From Balanoglossus misakiensis (lineage: Eukaryota > Animalia > Hemichordata): DNA of 64,000 nt. A model generated the notes under the pieces. That model had not been told where the DNA came from, did no database searches, and was given only the letters and a program-made list of their open reading frames with translations. Each line of letters begins with the position of its first letter. Position 1 is the stretch's first letter. Shown one piece after another: positions 35,489 to 48,159 of the stretch. Made by a program: the position numbers and the translations under genes. The stretch spans positions 8,879,124 through 8,943,123 of the forward strand of contig CM082596.2 in assembly GCA_040954595.2 (NCBI GenBank). Direction: 5' to 3'.

Positions 35489-37613
35489 TTCTGATTTTTG
35501 TTTCTTCATACCTTATATTTTTAGGCCTTTTAAATGAAAATATCCACGATTTTAGACTAACATAAAATTAAAAATAAATATTTGCAATATATATAGAGGT
35601 TTTATGATCACATAATGAAATAATCCCTGTGACACCATATAACAACATATGTACACTACGTAAAAGGTTCGACCGCTTGACTGAAGGGGCCCCCTCCCAA
35701 TTTTAGATTACCGTTTTTATTTGAATAGCTAGACTAGTGTATTTTAGTTTTATTGTTCATTTATTGACACTCGTGTTTTTCTCTGTAATTTATTACATTT
35801 TGTTTAGCGAGTTTCTTGTTCGGGTATTAAAAGCCTTACTTTTACCTCAATCCAGTGTGGTGTGTTTCACAAACTTATAACGTGTGCCCATCTCCTTATA
35901 ACCTATGTGCATCACCTTATAACGTATGTGCATCACCTTATAACGTATGTGCATCACCTTATAACGTATGCACATCATTATATAAAGAATCCCCATGTCA
36001 ACATAAATTTATGTCACTTAAGACAGCCACGGCTTTCCATAAACATTGCCATCAACATCAACCATTTTGGAAATACACTTCTTGACAGCTCTCTTGCGCT
36101 CACGCGCAAAGAAAAACCGAGAACATTTCTCTTCGTGCTCCAGCCAATGCGCACGAGAACGAATCTTGACACCCGCAAGTCTATCCTGCGTCAACTTGTT
36201 AATGCGCTCTTTAACACTATTATATTTGTTCACATAAACCGAGAACGCTTTCCAGAAATCAAGCAAGACGTCAAATCCCGCAACTGATCATACAACGAAG
36301 ATAAAAGCGCCTTCTTTTTAAGAGCCACTTTCCGTGAATGTTTCTTAACCAAGGCCTTTAAACGCACTTTGACCATGTCCCACCAATCAGACAAGCATGG
36401 GAAGGCTTCCTGCAAAGTAACCCAATTAGCAACACGATGGCGGATCTCATCAAGGACTGAGGGGTCAGACAAAATGGAAACATTACATTTCCACACCCCA
36501 GGACCCCTACGAACAGACTGACCACCCCTAATTGATACCGTACACATATCATGGTCGGACATAGAGCAAGGAACAATACTGGACGAGGTTTTAAATGCAC
36601 TAGACATGTAAAAACGATCAAGACGACTACCAACCGAACAAGAACGATTTCGCCATGTATATTCCTGTAGGTTTTCATGCTGACGGCGCCAAACATCAAC
36701 CAAGCCATAATCAGAACATAACTTATGCAAAACTTCACTACCTATGAAGCAAGTAGTATTCGAAGTGGACCCCCAAACCGATCAACAGGAGAAGAAACAC
36801 AATTAAAGTCACCATCCAAAATGATATTTCTATGGCTACCGATGAAATCAGTTAAACCGGAAAAGAAATTAATCCTACCCGAAGGACTATTAGGCGCATA
36901 CACATTAATTAAACGGCAAGTAAATGAACTAAAGGAGACAGTACCCGCCACCAGACGCCCATCCACATCTGAAGTAAAATCCTGCAGGGAAAAACCCGAT
37001 GACGGAGAGATCAAAATGCCCACTCCCCTGCTGCTATTGGACCCTAAGCTCCAATAATTGGGGCCTCCCCACTCCCTTCCCCACATTGCCATCTCCCTAG
37101 AAGAACTACAATGATTCTCCTTCAAGAAGATAATATCAAACTTACTGTCTCTAAAGGAGGCAAACAAAGAGTTACGCTTAACAGAATCCTTCAAACCATT
37201 AACATTGATGGAACATAAATTCAACATGGTAAAAAGAAGAAAAAAACAATTGGTCATCAAGAAACCAAAGAGAAAGCTAAGCACAGATCAACTCTAAGCC
37301 GACGCAAAACCCCCAAAACACGGAACTGATATTTAAGCATTAAAGAAGTAAAAATAAAAAAAGGACAAGTCCGTAGACAAAACAAAAACAGGGTGAACAG
37401 AAACTAAGTGTTCCAGCCATTTGACTGGATCCGGAAAGGAAAGGTTCTTACATTTTTTTATTGGACACTGAACTAGAAGTGGGTCGATGCCATGCATCTC
37501 TTTACAATGATTTTTCATGGCTTCCCAGCCATGAACGCAGGACGCACAATCACCCGAGAACGTAATACATGAAGAGTACACAGTGGACAAATCCAATATG
37601 GATGAAAGACGAA

Positions 37614-40600
37614 TGTAAAGCAATTGTAAAGCAATGTCACTGGTTAAAAGATGACTGGATGACTTTGATTGTGTAGGCTATAACACAGACGTTTATTCAC
37701 TAGAGAGCAGCCATGATGAACAAGGGTTGATGGGTAATACAATGCTTGAATAAAGTTCACCACTGATGGCGCTATGCTGGAATCAATGTACTTAAGAATA
37801 TAACATCCCTTCTTGTTTAAAGTTGAATATCAAGCAACAATTAACTGGTGATAAGTGTTCATGAAATGTTCGAGTGAGATCTGCATGCAACACTATTTGT
37901 TTTAAGAGTCTGATTGTTCGAAGCCGTCAATGAAAAGTCCTGTTAAGAAGTTGACGGGAATGTCTCAAAACTGTTTCAATCTCACTGATAACTAGACAAA
38001 AGAGGATATTTGAACTCTACAAACTGAACTCTGTTAAACTGCAAAACTCGAGAAAATGCAAAAGTCACTGTTGCAACAAATTTCTCTCTCTCTCTCTCTC
38101 CTTTTTTTTTTTTTTTTTTTTTTTTTAGTATTGCCAAGCATAGTCTATTGGTAATTTACTAGTCAGTTACAAAGTCATTGTATTTTGAAGGCATCTGTAT
38201 TTTCCTTCTAGGTCTGGGGGGTTGTAGGACAGGTTCTTCAGGTTCCTTATCTGCCGTGTCTTCTTGGTGGCCAGGACTTGCTTGCTGAGTGGTTTCTGGC
38301 TGGGGTCTCAGGTGTATTCTGTTCCTTCTCAGCTGGCTTCCTCCTTCTGTTTCGACTATGTAGGAGCGAGGTGTACTGGCTGTGCTTATAATCTTGGCAG
38401 GGGTCCATGTCTTTTTGATGGGACTCTGGACGTTGACCTTTTGACCTTCATACAGCTCCGGTAATGCTCTGGCATGTTGATTGTAGTGATGAATTTGTGT
38501 ATCTTGGTTTGATTTAAGGTGTTGATGGATTTCTTCGCTGTTCATCGGTTGTGTTATCTTCGTTGGAAGTGTGGTTTTGTATCTCCTGCCGTTTAGTAAT
38601 TCAGCTGGTGATGCTATGTTAGTACTGAGTGGCGTTGCCCGTAGCGACAGCATTGCTATGTTGGGGTCTTCTCCAGTTCCCTTGCATTTGTTGAGTATCT
38701 TCTCAACCGTCTGGATGTGGCGTTCTATGAAACCATGGCCTTTTGGGTAATATGGCGATGAGGTTTTGATTTTGAAACTGTATTGTTCAGCGAAAGCCCG
38801 GTATTCTCTGGCAGTGAATTGTGAGCCGTTGTCACAGATGAGGACTTCTGGAATGCCCTGTTCTGAGAATAGGATTTTGCTAACTCTCAGTATTGTGCTC
38901 GCTCGCAAGTTTTCCAGTTTTCTTATGAACGGGAATTTCGAGTAGTAGTCTGCGATGATGAGGTGCCACGTGTCATTTGTGTAGAACAGATCAGCTCCTA
39001 CAGTGTGCCATGGTCTTGGAGGGATTTTTGTGGGGATCATGGGCTCTTTTTGTTGCGAGTTCTGGAATCTCTGGCATGCATCACATGTTGCGACTGCTTG
39101 TTCTATGTCTTTGTAGATCCCTGGCCAATATACGCATGATTTGGCCCGAAGTTTGCACTTTTCCATTCCTAAGTGCCCTTGGTGGATTTGGTGCAGTATG
39201 TCCTGTCTCATGCTTGTGGGGATTAGTAGCCGACTGCCCACTAGAAGTATGCCGTTCTCCACTGATATGTCATCGCGAATTGTCCAGTATTCACGTATGG
39301 CTTGTTGTATTTTCTTTATACTATCAGGCCAACCATGCAGTATTTGCTGTGTCAGTATTTGGAGCTTGGCATCTTTTGCGGTCTCTTCTCTGATTTGTGT
39401 CAGTTTGACTGGGGTGACGTTTGTCAGGTGGTGAATCTTTACCTCCATTTCTGGTATTTCTTTCTTGTCATGTGGTGATAATCGTGATAGTGCATCAGCT
39501 ATTACCATTTGTCTGCCCGGCCTGTATACTATGTCAAAGTCATATGGCTGTAAGCAAAGTAACATACGCTGTAGACGTGGTGGTGCTTGGGTCAGGTTTT
39601 TCTTGTGTATTTGTTCTAGTGGACGGTGGTCACTCACAACCTGGAATTTTCTGGCATACAGGTATGTGTGGAATTTCTCACAGCCATATACTACTGCTAA
39701 TAGCTCTCGTTCAATGTTTGCATATCTGCTTTCGGCAGGTGTCAGGGCCTTTGATGCGAAGGCAATTGGACGGTTGTCCTGTATCAGTACGGTTCCTATT
39801 CCTATGCCAGATGAGTCAACTTCTAAGGTTACTGGCTTCTTCTGGTCATAGTATTTCAGTGTTGTGTCTGCACTGATTAGGCATTTGATTGCGTTGAATC
39901 GCATGGTATGTGATTCAGTCCACCTGAACTTTACATCTTCATGGAGGAGCTCCCTCAACGGAGCAGTGTGTTCTGCCAGTTTGGGGATGTATGGACCCAT
40001 GTAGTTTACTAGCCCAAGAAAGGTTCGAAGCTCTTTCTTGTCACTCGGTGGTCGTATCATCTCAATGGCTTGAACTTTCTCTGGATTCGGTTTGACTCCT
40101 TTATCTGTGTACAGGTTTCCAAAGAAACTGCACTCGGTGACTTTTATTTTGCATTTGTCTTTGTTCAACTTGATTCCTGCCTGTCTTGTTTTCTCCATGG
40201 CTTCATGGAGGTGAAGGTCATGGTTCTCTTCATCATAACCGTATACTTGGACATCATCTGTTATTCCGATGGCTCCGCTGCAGTCACGATATGCTTCATC
40301 TATCTTGTACTGGAATACGGTATGTCCTGGCTCATTTTGAGGCCAAATGGCATGCGCATGAACCGGTAGAGACCGAATGGGGTGTTGAAAGTGGTGAGCA
40401 GTGATGACTGTTCGTTCAACTTGACGTTCCAGTACCCGTTTTTGGCATCGAGTTTGCTGAATAGTTTTGCACCAGATAGCTTAGGAGTAATCTCCTCTAA
40501 GGTCGGTGTTGGGTGGTGTTCCCTCTTGATAGCCCTGTTCAAGTCTTTTGGGTCTAGGCACAATCGCAGTCTGCCATTGTCCTTTTCTCGGATCACTAGT

Positions 40601-42479
40601 GAGTTAACCCAGTCTGTTGGTTGGGTCACTTTGGTGATTATTTCTTTTTCTTCCATTTCTTTGAGCTCCACTTTAAGTATATCTCTTAATTCTAGAGGTA
40701 CTCGACGAGCTGCATGTATTACTGGTGTTATCTCTGGGTCTAGCGTGATATTGTATGTATAGTCTGTGAAACATCCAACAATGTCATCAAAGCAGTCAGG
40801 ATACATTTCCATTAAATGTTCTTTGTTTTGTATTGGTGGTCGGTCTTTCAACGGTGTTGTGCTTTTGATGTAGTTGGGACGTCCTTCCTTTTGCTGATTG
40901 ACTGGATTTGTCATATGTTTGGGTTGTTGGTGCTGACTGGCAGGCTCTGGTTGTTCTCTTGTGACCGTATAGTGTAGTGATATCAGGCTCAGTGCTTGGC
41001 ATGCTTTCAAACCGAGTATGGCTGGACCAGGCTCATCAGTTACGTAGAAAATGCAGTTGAATTTCCTTCCTCTGTATTGGCAAGGAATTGTTACTGTTCC
41101 TAGTTGCTTGATCTTCGATCCACCATACGCTGTTAGGATTACCCTGGAATCCTGTAGTTCTCCTGCTTTTGGGTTGCCGGTAATGTCCAGTTTGTCTGGG
41201 TAGATCATTCGGTATAGTCGGATTGGGAGTATGTTGCTTTGTGCTCCTGTGTCGATTTTGCATTTTAGATCTATTTTCTGTTTCATATTAGGCCGATCGA
41301 TGCGCAACAAGGTGAAAATTTCTTCTTTGTTGTCATTATCTGTCAGGACTGTGCCGATTGTTAGAGTTTCTTGTTCAATATCATCGGTATATTGACTTAT
41401 GTCATGTATTTGTCTCTTGGTTGGATTGGTTTGCCTGCGGCTATATTGGTTCGTGTCTGATCGACATACTGACTGCCAGTGGTTTTGTTTTCCGCATCTG
41501 TGACATCGACTACCATATGCTGGGCATTTGTGTCTGGGTAGTGCATCATGTTTCTTCCCACAATTGGTGCATTGTTTCAGCTGTGTGGGTTTGGTATCAG
41601 TGGGTTGTTTCTTTATGGCATCGACTGTGTTGCTGACTGGGTTTTCTGGTTTATTATTCAATGTTTTCATTTGTTTGCTAGTGGCTTCATGACTGCGGGC
41701 AACGTCTATTGCGTCCTTCAGCGTGAGTGTTTCGTCACGGCCGATTAGTAGTTTCTGCACCTCGTGATGACAGGAGCCCCAAATCAGTTGATCCACTAAC
41801 CTTTTTTCTTTTTCGTCACCGAATTTGCATTTTGCTGCAAGGTTCTTCATTCTTGAGATGAAGTTGTCTATTGGCTCATCAGGGTTTTGTTTCAGATCTT
41901 GAAAGTTGTATCGGTGAATACGGTGGTTGGATTTTGGCTCTAGATGTGTGGCAAACTTTTCGAATATTTTGTCAGGTTTCTTTTTATCATCTTCATCATC
42001 AAAAGTCCAACTGTTGTACATGTCTAATCCCTTTTCACCAGACCATAGTAACAGGTAGCTCACCTTTTCTTCATCAGCAGCCTCTTTCAGTGCACTTTTG
42101 AATGTAAGTTCGCATTTTTGTTTGAATCTAGAAAAGGCGATGGTTATATCCGGGGCGTCCCAGTCCATCTGTGGCGGTGGTAGTTGGGCTTGTAATGACG
42201 CCATATTTGTGACTTGAAAAATGTCCGGTTGTTTCGGTCTATGTGTTTTTTTGTATGGGTATCTGGAGTCGCAGTATCGTAGTTTACCGCTGCCACCATG
42301 TAAAGCAATGTCACTGGTTAAAAGATGACTGGATGACTTTGATTGTGTAGGCTATAACACAGACGTTTATTCACTAGAGAGCAGCCATGATGAACAAGGG
42401 TTGATGGGTAATACAATGCTTGAATAAAGTTCACCACTGATGGCGCTATGCTGGAATCAATGTACTTAAGAATATAACA
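37614..42479 (-). mobile_element. Full-length Ty3/Gypsy (Mag-like) LTR retrotransposon
   Basis: Identical 181-bp LTRs (37625-37805 and 42299-42479, TG...CA); 5-bp TSD ACGAA; tRNA-Leu PBS TGGTGGCAGCGGT (42286-42298); PPT AAGAAGGGA beside 37805. Confidence 0.96.
38159..42204 (-). pseudogene. gag-pol polyprotein (Gag, 2 CCHC, PR, RT, RNase H, IN) with one frameshift at ~40320
   Basis: KIDTGAQ protease; RMPFGL then ITDD in the shifted frame; VDSS/IERELLA RNase H; HQGH..CDAC and D-D-E integrase. Confidence 0.92.
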
Positions 42480-43300
42480 ACGAACATAATCTAACGCCTT
42501 TTGACGTAATTCAACTGTAGACTGTGAAGAAACAGAACCAGACGCATGTGAGGTCACTGAACAATCAGAGTCGGCTTCGCTATCAACAGCAACAGTTAAA
42601 GAAACCGACTTGCTATCATTATCAACAGCCACTCTCTTTATCATCTCATCGTTATCGTCATCATTATCATCAGACGGCGCAGGACGCTTAGCAGAAGACG
42701 AACAAAGCATATCCGTAGAAGAAAAAGAGGACCTTGGACTGAAAAAATCCTGTCGCTGGCCAGGAGTCACACCCATAGAAGAACTGTCTTCAACATCCAT
42801 AGCATCTGAAAACAAAACTTGTGAACCAGAATCAGACACGTCTTCCACCTCACAATCTGGAGACGGCTGCATCACAGGATCTGAAGCCAACTCGCACACC
42901 TTTGAAACAATATCTTCAACAATAACGTCGACAATTTCCTTCGACTCACCAATACTTGGAGAAGCAGCCGCCTCCGTTGACAACCAAGAATTCGACAAGG
43001 CAACTCTATTAGCAAACGACAAAGAGCAATTGCGATAAACATGCCCATCCCCTCCACAAATGGAACACTTCACATTTGCCGTGCATTCTGCAACAGTGTG
43101 TCCTAGCTGTGCACACCTAAAACAACGCACGTTGACGCAGTCTTTATCCAAGTGGCCTGTATTATTACACTTGATACACGTGCGAGGCTGACCAGAATAG
43201 GAAAACCACGCGTTCCTACCACCAATACGGATAACGGAGGGAATATTTTTCTTCAGCCGCATACGGTACTGCCTCGTGCCGTTAAAAACTGATGGTTCGT

Positions 43301-45427
43301 GCGAATTAATGAATACTTCCATAAAAAATGAAGTAGCGCTATGGCGGGAAGCTAAGCATGATGGGAGTAACAAGATTAACATAGAGGGCGCACACTCTGT
43401 GGCCTCTAACTGTTCATCAATTAAACAAATTTGTTCACAATACTGTGCAAAATTTTACAAAATTAATGAATACAACAAAACTCATGATATTGGCAGAAAA
43501 GGAGGTGCTTTTATTGAAACGCTAAAAACAAGGAAATGCACCTCATACCAATGCCAAGCGCTGCCAAAGATCATGAAAGGGGGAATGAAGAGAAGTAGGA
43601 AAGAAATAAAATTTAAGAGAAAGCGGTAGGAGAGAAAAAACAAGGTAAAATGTGAATAAGCAGAGAGATAATAAAAAATATAAAGGATGGTGGAGGGAGT
43701 GGATAGAAAGGGTCGAAATGAACGGGTGTATGAAAGAGGGGAAGATGGGAAGGAAAAGGAAAGGAATAAAGTGATAACTGACTTGTGTGCAATTTCACAA
43801 GAGTTTGCCCATGGATTCAGTAATGCAAAAATGTTGTGTGGGCGGAAGGCTGATGTATCCTCTGTAGGCTGAGGATCGCCAGTCGCCGTGAATTTTGATG
43901 AGATGATCAGAAACCCCAGCGGTGGCTGCCAGTGTAGTGCCGCCTCTGCGCAGACTGTGAAAAGAGTAATCTGCAGGGGAGAGGCCAATTAAACAGAGGA
44001 GCTCCTTGAATTTGCGGGAGAGAGAATGGCTGGTCAAAGGAACAAGGGAGCCTTTCTGGTGGTAAACGAAAGCAGGGCTGGAAGCCGCAGCTGGTATGTT
44101 TCTGACCATTTGTGAATATGCCCGTACTGGGCAAAGACAAGAATGCGAAATGCGACAAATCGGAATAACATGCAGGTGCTGATGCTTTTGTCGCGTCTTG
44201 GACCACTGAATTTGTAGTAGAATACCTTGAGTTGTAAATGAGAGATCCATGCGGCAGAGCTGTTCCGCGGGGGAGAATTTTGCCCGGGAAGCAGGGACAA
44301 CATTGGACTTGCGAAGAAATGAAAAGAAACACAATGTAATACACGACCATACTGTAAGGTCAAATTCAGAGCTAAGGTCAAGGTGAGCTTTCATGGATAA
44401 CAAATGCTCTGGTAAGATGGGTAGTCTGGGGTGTGGCATTGTGGACATAGACTTGTCCAAACCGAGTAAGGTAAGTTTAATGTCAGTGCTGATAAAGCTA
44501 ATGTCACTATAACCTAAGAGTTTGTGCCATGTGCGGACACCTGATATGTAGTTACGAATAGACTTTGAGCTTGTAAAACTATGCGACAACAAGCATGCGT
44601 ACATACAAAGTGCTTGAGGGTCTGCAGGAAAGGTGGGTAGTCTGAATTTAGCGCAGAATGCCAAGTATGAATTCAGCTGTGTTGTCAAATTTCTGTGTGT
44701 TCCTGGGCGAAATGCTGCATGCATGCTGGATGGTGGCGACTTCGGCCTGTAATTTCTCTGTCTCGCCTGAAATTCCTGCAAAAAATCAAATGTTGTTGAT
44801 GAGGTCAAAATGCTCTGCTTGTGGAAAGGCTTCTGTTTGTATACTGTTGGCGGTAAGTTTGAAGAACTGTGTACTGTTGTTGGGACTAAGATGCCATCTG
44901 GAGAGGTGGTCAGCAATACGGTTGTCGGCTCCTGGTAGATGAGTTGCCCTGATCTGTATGTTATGAGTGGCGGCTGTCAACCAAATGTTTCTGGCAATTT
45001 GGAGAAGTGTTTGTTCTCTGCCCGCGCCAGAGTTAATGATGTAGATGCATGCCATGTTGTCACAATGCAGCAGTAGGGATTTACCGGCCATCTTGTGAGC
45101 CCATAAGCGAAGTGCTATCAAAATGGCAAACATTTCCAGTATTGATATATGATAGGCAACAAAGGCGCTTGGGAATGTGGAGTGGAAGAATTCGGTTGTG
45201 TCTTCTCCAAGTTGCAAGTAGCCGCCACAGCCAGACAAACGGGCGTCTGTGGACAAGATCTGGTCGGGTTCCGAATATTGACTGGTGGGCATAATACTGA
45301 TGCCGTTGTACTGTCTCATGAAGGCCTTCCACCATGCGATGTCCTGCCGAAAAGGTTTGGTGAGGTTGATTCTATGGTGTTGGCGGTTGACTTTGTGCAA
45401 TACTGGTAACATACAAGCAATAAATAG
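43301..45427 (-). mobile_element. 3' fragment of a DIRS/Ngaro tyrosine-recombinase retrotransposon
   Basis: RNase H (44786-45427: STDA, ISILEM, HCDN, NRIADHLSR) overlaps the YR ORF; RT is absent. Confidence 0.85.
43795..44916 (-). CDS. Tyrosine recombinase of the DIRS/Ngaro element
   Basis: FLRKSN (R), SKT (K), HSLRRGG (HxxR), HGDWRSSAYRGY (W, Y); true start uncertain. Confidence 0.85.
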   Translation of the reverse strand: MLTTSPDGILVPTTVHSSSNLPPTVYKQKPFHKQSILTSSTTFDFLQEFQARQRNYRPKSPPSSMHAAFRPGTHRNLTTQLNSYLAFCAKFRLPTFPADPQALCMYACLLSHSFTSSKSIRNYISGVRTWHKLLGYSDISFISTDIKLTLLGLDKSMSTMPHPRLPILPEHLLSMKAHLDLSSEFDLTVWSCITLCFFSFLRKSNVVPASRAKFSPAEQLCRMDLSFTTQGILLQIQWSKTRQKHQHLHVIPICRISHSCLCPVRAYSQMVRNIPAAASSPAFVYHQKGSLVPLTSHSLSRKFKELLCLIGLSPADYSFHSLRRGGTTLAATAGVSDHLIKIHGDWRSSAYRGYISLPPTQHFCITESMGKLL

Positions 45428-45630
45428 CACGCGTTCCTACCACCAATACGGATAACGGAGGGAATATTTTTCTTCAGCCGCATACGGTACTGCCTTGTGC
45501 CGTTAAAGATGGTTCGTACGCATAAACACATTTCCTGACTGCCAAAACAGTTCCATAAGCAGACAGAATGTACTGCACATAGTTGTCGTCGAGCTCGTTA
45601 TCGATGTATAAAACGGTCACCACAACAATA

Positions 45631-46749
45631 CACAACTCGTCACAGATAGTACAATAGATTTAGCGGTCAATATTTAGAGAGCAACCTCATTTTGAGGTGA
45701 TATTTTTGGGGTGGGGTGATATCAACCTATTGAACTCTCGGCATGATAGCAGAAATTTCACTCGACTTCGTCTCGTGATATTTCAGCCATCATGCCTCGA
45801 AAAATGAATATTTGGCGGTACGGTCGTGATATTGACTCTCGGCTACGCCTCGAGACAATATCACGACCTACCTCCAAATAAAAATGCAGACAAAACTACA
45901 AAATGTAACATTTCGGGCCATGGCCCATTCGTTGAAAGTCTGTAGCGCCCACATATTACGGCGTTGAGTATTCTTGGGAATGGAATTTTTTGCAACCCCC
46001 TGTACGCAGGAATCCAACACTGGGTCAGCAAACCGCCCTCTGGGAATGTCCTTTAACAAAATAAAAAATGATTCAATATACATTCTTACTTGCATGTTCA
46101 ACGACAACGTACACGATAAAAAGGTGAAAATGGCGGAATGAATAAAAGAATTCGTGACTCACCGAAGGAATGCTGCTGACTGCTATATCCATATTTTCGA
46201 AGCCAAGCTCGTTCAAATATTCTGCTGCTTGTGAGGCTTCAATTAACTCTTCATCAGAGATATCAGAAAAATCGGGATACACCTCATGCGCCATGCTGCC
46301 ACTATGACACGTTCAGGTAGAAAGAAATTGTGCCTCGTGGCCGTGCATTTATATTATAAGATATGCCATTGTGCATATGTAAAACATGCACAGCCAATAC
46401 AATTGGAAGAAACATTGCGTGTGAGCTTATTACTAAACAATAATTGGTTGAACTAGGTAATATATGCATCCCAGGTGCAAAACACTGAATAATTAAATAC
46501 TTTCCGTAAGTAGGACCATACCATTTTGAAAGTTAGGCTGATATCAACCGCTTAGGGTCCATACAAAAGATGTTTAAACACTGTATTGTCGGTTGAGGGG
46601 TGTTTACTTGTAGAGGGGCCTGCACCTTTCACTCGTTGTGTATGTTAAATATCGTATGACTACCTCGGCGTCATCCATAATATCAACCTCGGACTTCGTC
46701 CTCGGTTGATATTATGGATATCGCCTCGTTAGTCATACGATATATATAC
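45631..46749 (-). mobile_element. Internally deleted Crypton element (DUF3504-associated N-terminal remnant)
   Basis: RFADPV...IPKNTQRRNMWALQTFNEWAMARN; hairpins at ~45738-45868 and ~46650-46743; inserted at ATA in Keno ORF1. Confidence 0.65.
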
Positions 46750-48159
46750 ATATCCGACCCATACGAATGAGTGACAAAGTCCGACTTACACTTCAAACAC
46801 TCTTCAAAAAGCCGCCTAAACGCGAGCGTCCTGAACGTTACGTCAAACGCACTTCCAGGCAATTTCTGGACCGCCTGTAAATGAAGCTTGGCTTCCACAC
46901 CTACACTGCTGAGCTGATCAAAAACTGCTTTTACATCAGCATCAGAACTACCAAACTTCAGCAAAAGTGTAATTATTGCCACCTGAGCAGAGAACTCGAG
47001 AATTCCTTAATTCTAATTTGATTAGATTGTATTTGATCGTGATTTGTACATAGTTGCAAAATTGAATCTGACCAGATTCTGTCTATTTCTTGCGGAGGGG
47101 GTATATTTTCTTGAGGAGGATTTCTTCCAACTTTCAACGCCACACAAGTATTCCAGTACTTATTCCGGAATGAAAGAAAAAGCAGAAAACATTTTCAAAT
47201 TTGTTTATTTACATGGAAAAGAGTACTAGTGACTAGAGAATAAAAAAGCATTGTTACGATCTGTATCTGTATAAAGGTCAAATATGATTTTAAAGGTGAA
47301 TTAATCCAGAGCTGGGGAATGTCAATGTTTGGTAGCATTTGATTTTTTGTATCTGAAGTAGATAGGGAAAGCTGGTGTTTAACTGAATGCTCTGGTTGTC
47401 AATCATCATCGAACTGACTTTGAAATTGCAACACATTGTATTTGTCATATTTACATCTTTAACCCTTTCAGGCCTGAGTTTCTGGGGGTTGGTCCAAATA
47501 TTTACATATATGTGTTGATATTTCGATTTTTGGGTCACATTATGTCATAATTACCCAAACAAAGTATACATTTTCTGAAAGGTCATTAATCAGGGAACAC
47601 ATTGACTATCACACAAATTAGCAACAATGTATTAATTTTATTAATGGCCTCATTATATATTCAAAATGGCTGCCAGTGGTTTACTCACTCAACCAAATTT
47701 CATTATTTCCGGCTGCATATCTATAATAAAAATGATGAACATGGACAAATTTCAATCACATGTTCAAAAATACTTTGGATAACCAATGCCACAATAAACT
47801 GACAAAGTGTTAACATTTCTTACTAAAGTACAACTTGTTCTCGCCATCTCAGTTCACATTACAATTATTGTCAACTGTCTCCAGTCAAGTTACATATCTC
47901 GCCATCTCCAGTCACATTACAATTGTCAACTCTTGCTGTCTGCAATGAGAAGTGTGATTATGACTACAGATTACTGTGTAACAACGTCAAGTAAAACATT
48001 AAGAGTAAACATGCTTTACATTATACATTATACTGGTTTTAAAAGTATTAAAACACTCACATTACCACAAAGAAATTGTTAAAATTATTTCAAACTGTAA
48101 AACAAGAATATAGCTTGAGGGCATTTAGAAAAAGAATGTATCTGTCTGTATTGACTCAC

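Larger units (their letters stand above)
31753..36041. mobile_element. IS3EU-like non-autonomous DNA transposon
   Basis: 6-bp TSD AACATT (31747-31752 and 36042-36047); termini TATGG...CCATA; long TIR running into 21-bp subterminal repeats. TAY..RTA termini with a 6-bp TSD fit IS3EU. Confidence 0.75.
31539..46970 (-). mobile_element. Disrupted 5' half of a second Keno-like copy (equivalent to ~17124-20217), inverted relative to its U2 flank
   Basis: Collinear pieces at 31539-31752, 36042-37613, 42480-43300, 45428-45630 and 46750-46970; frameshift near 36740 and an internal deletion near 31600. Confidence 0.9.

Noticed and set aside
43795-44916. Phage integrase or bacterial contamination
   Set aside because: It overlaps a DIRS-type RNase H ORF and is nested in a eukaryotic retroelement.
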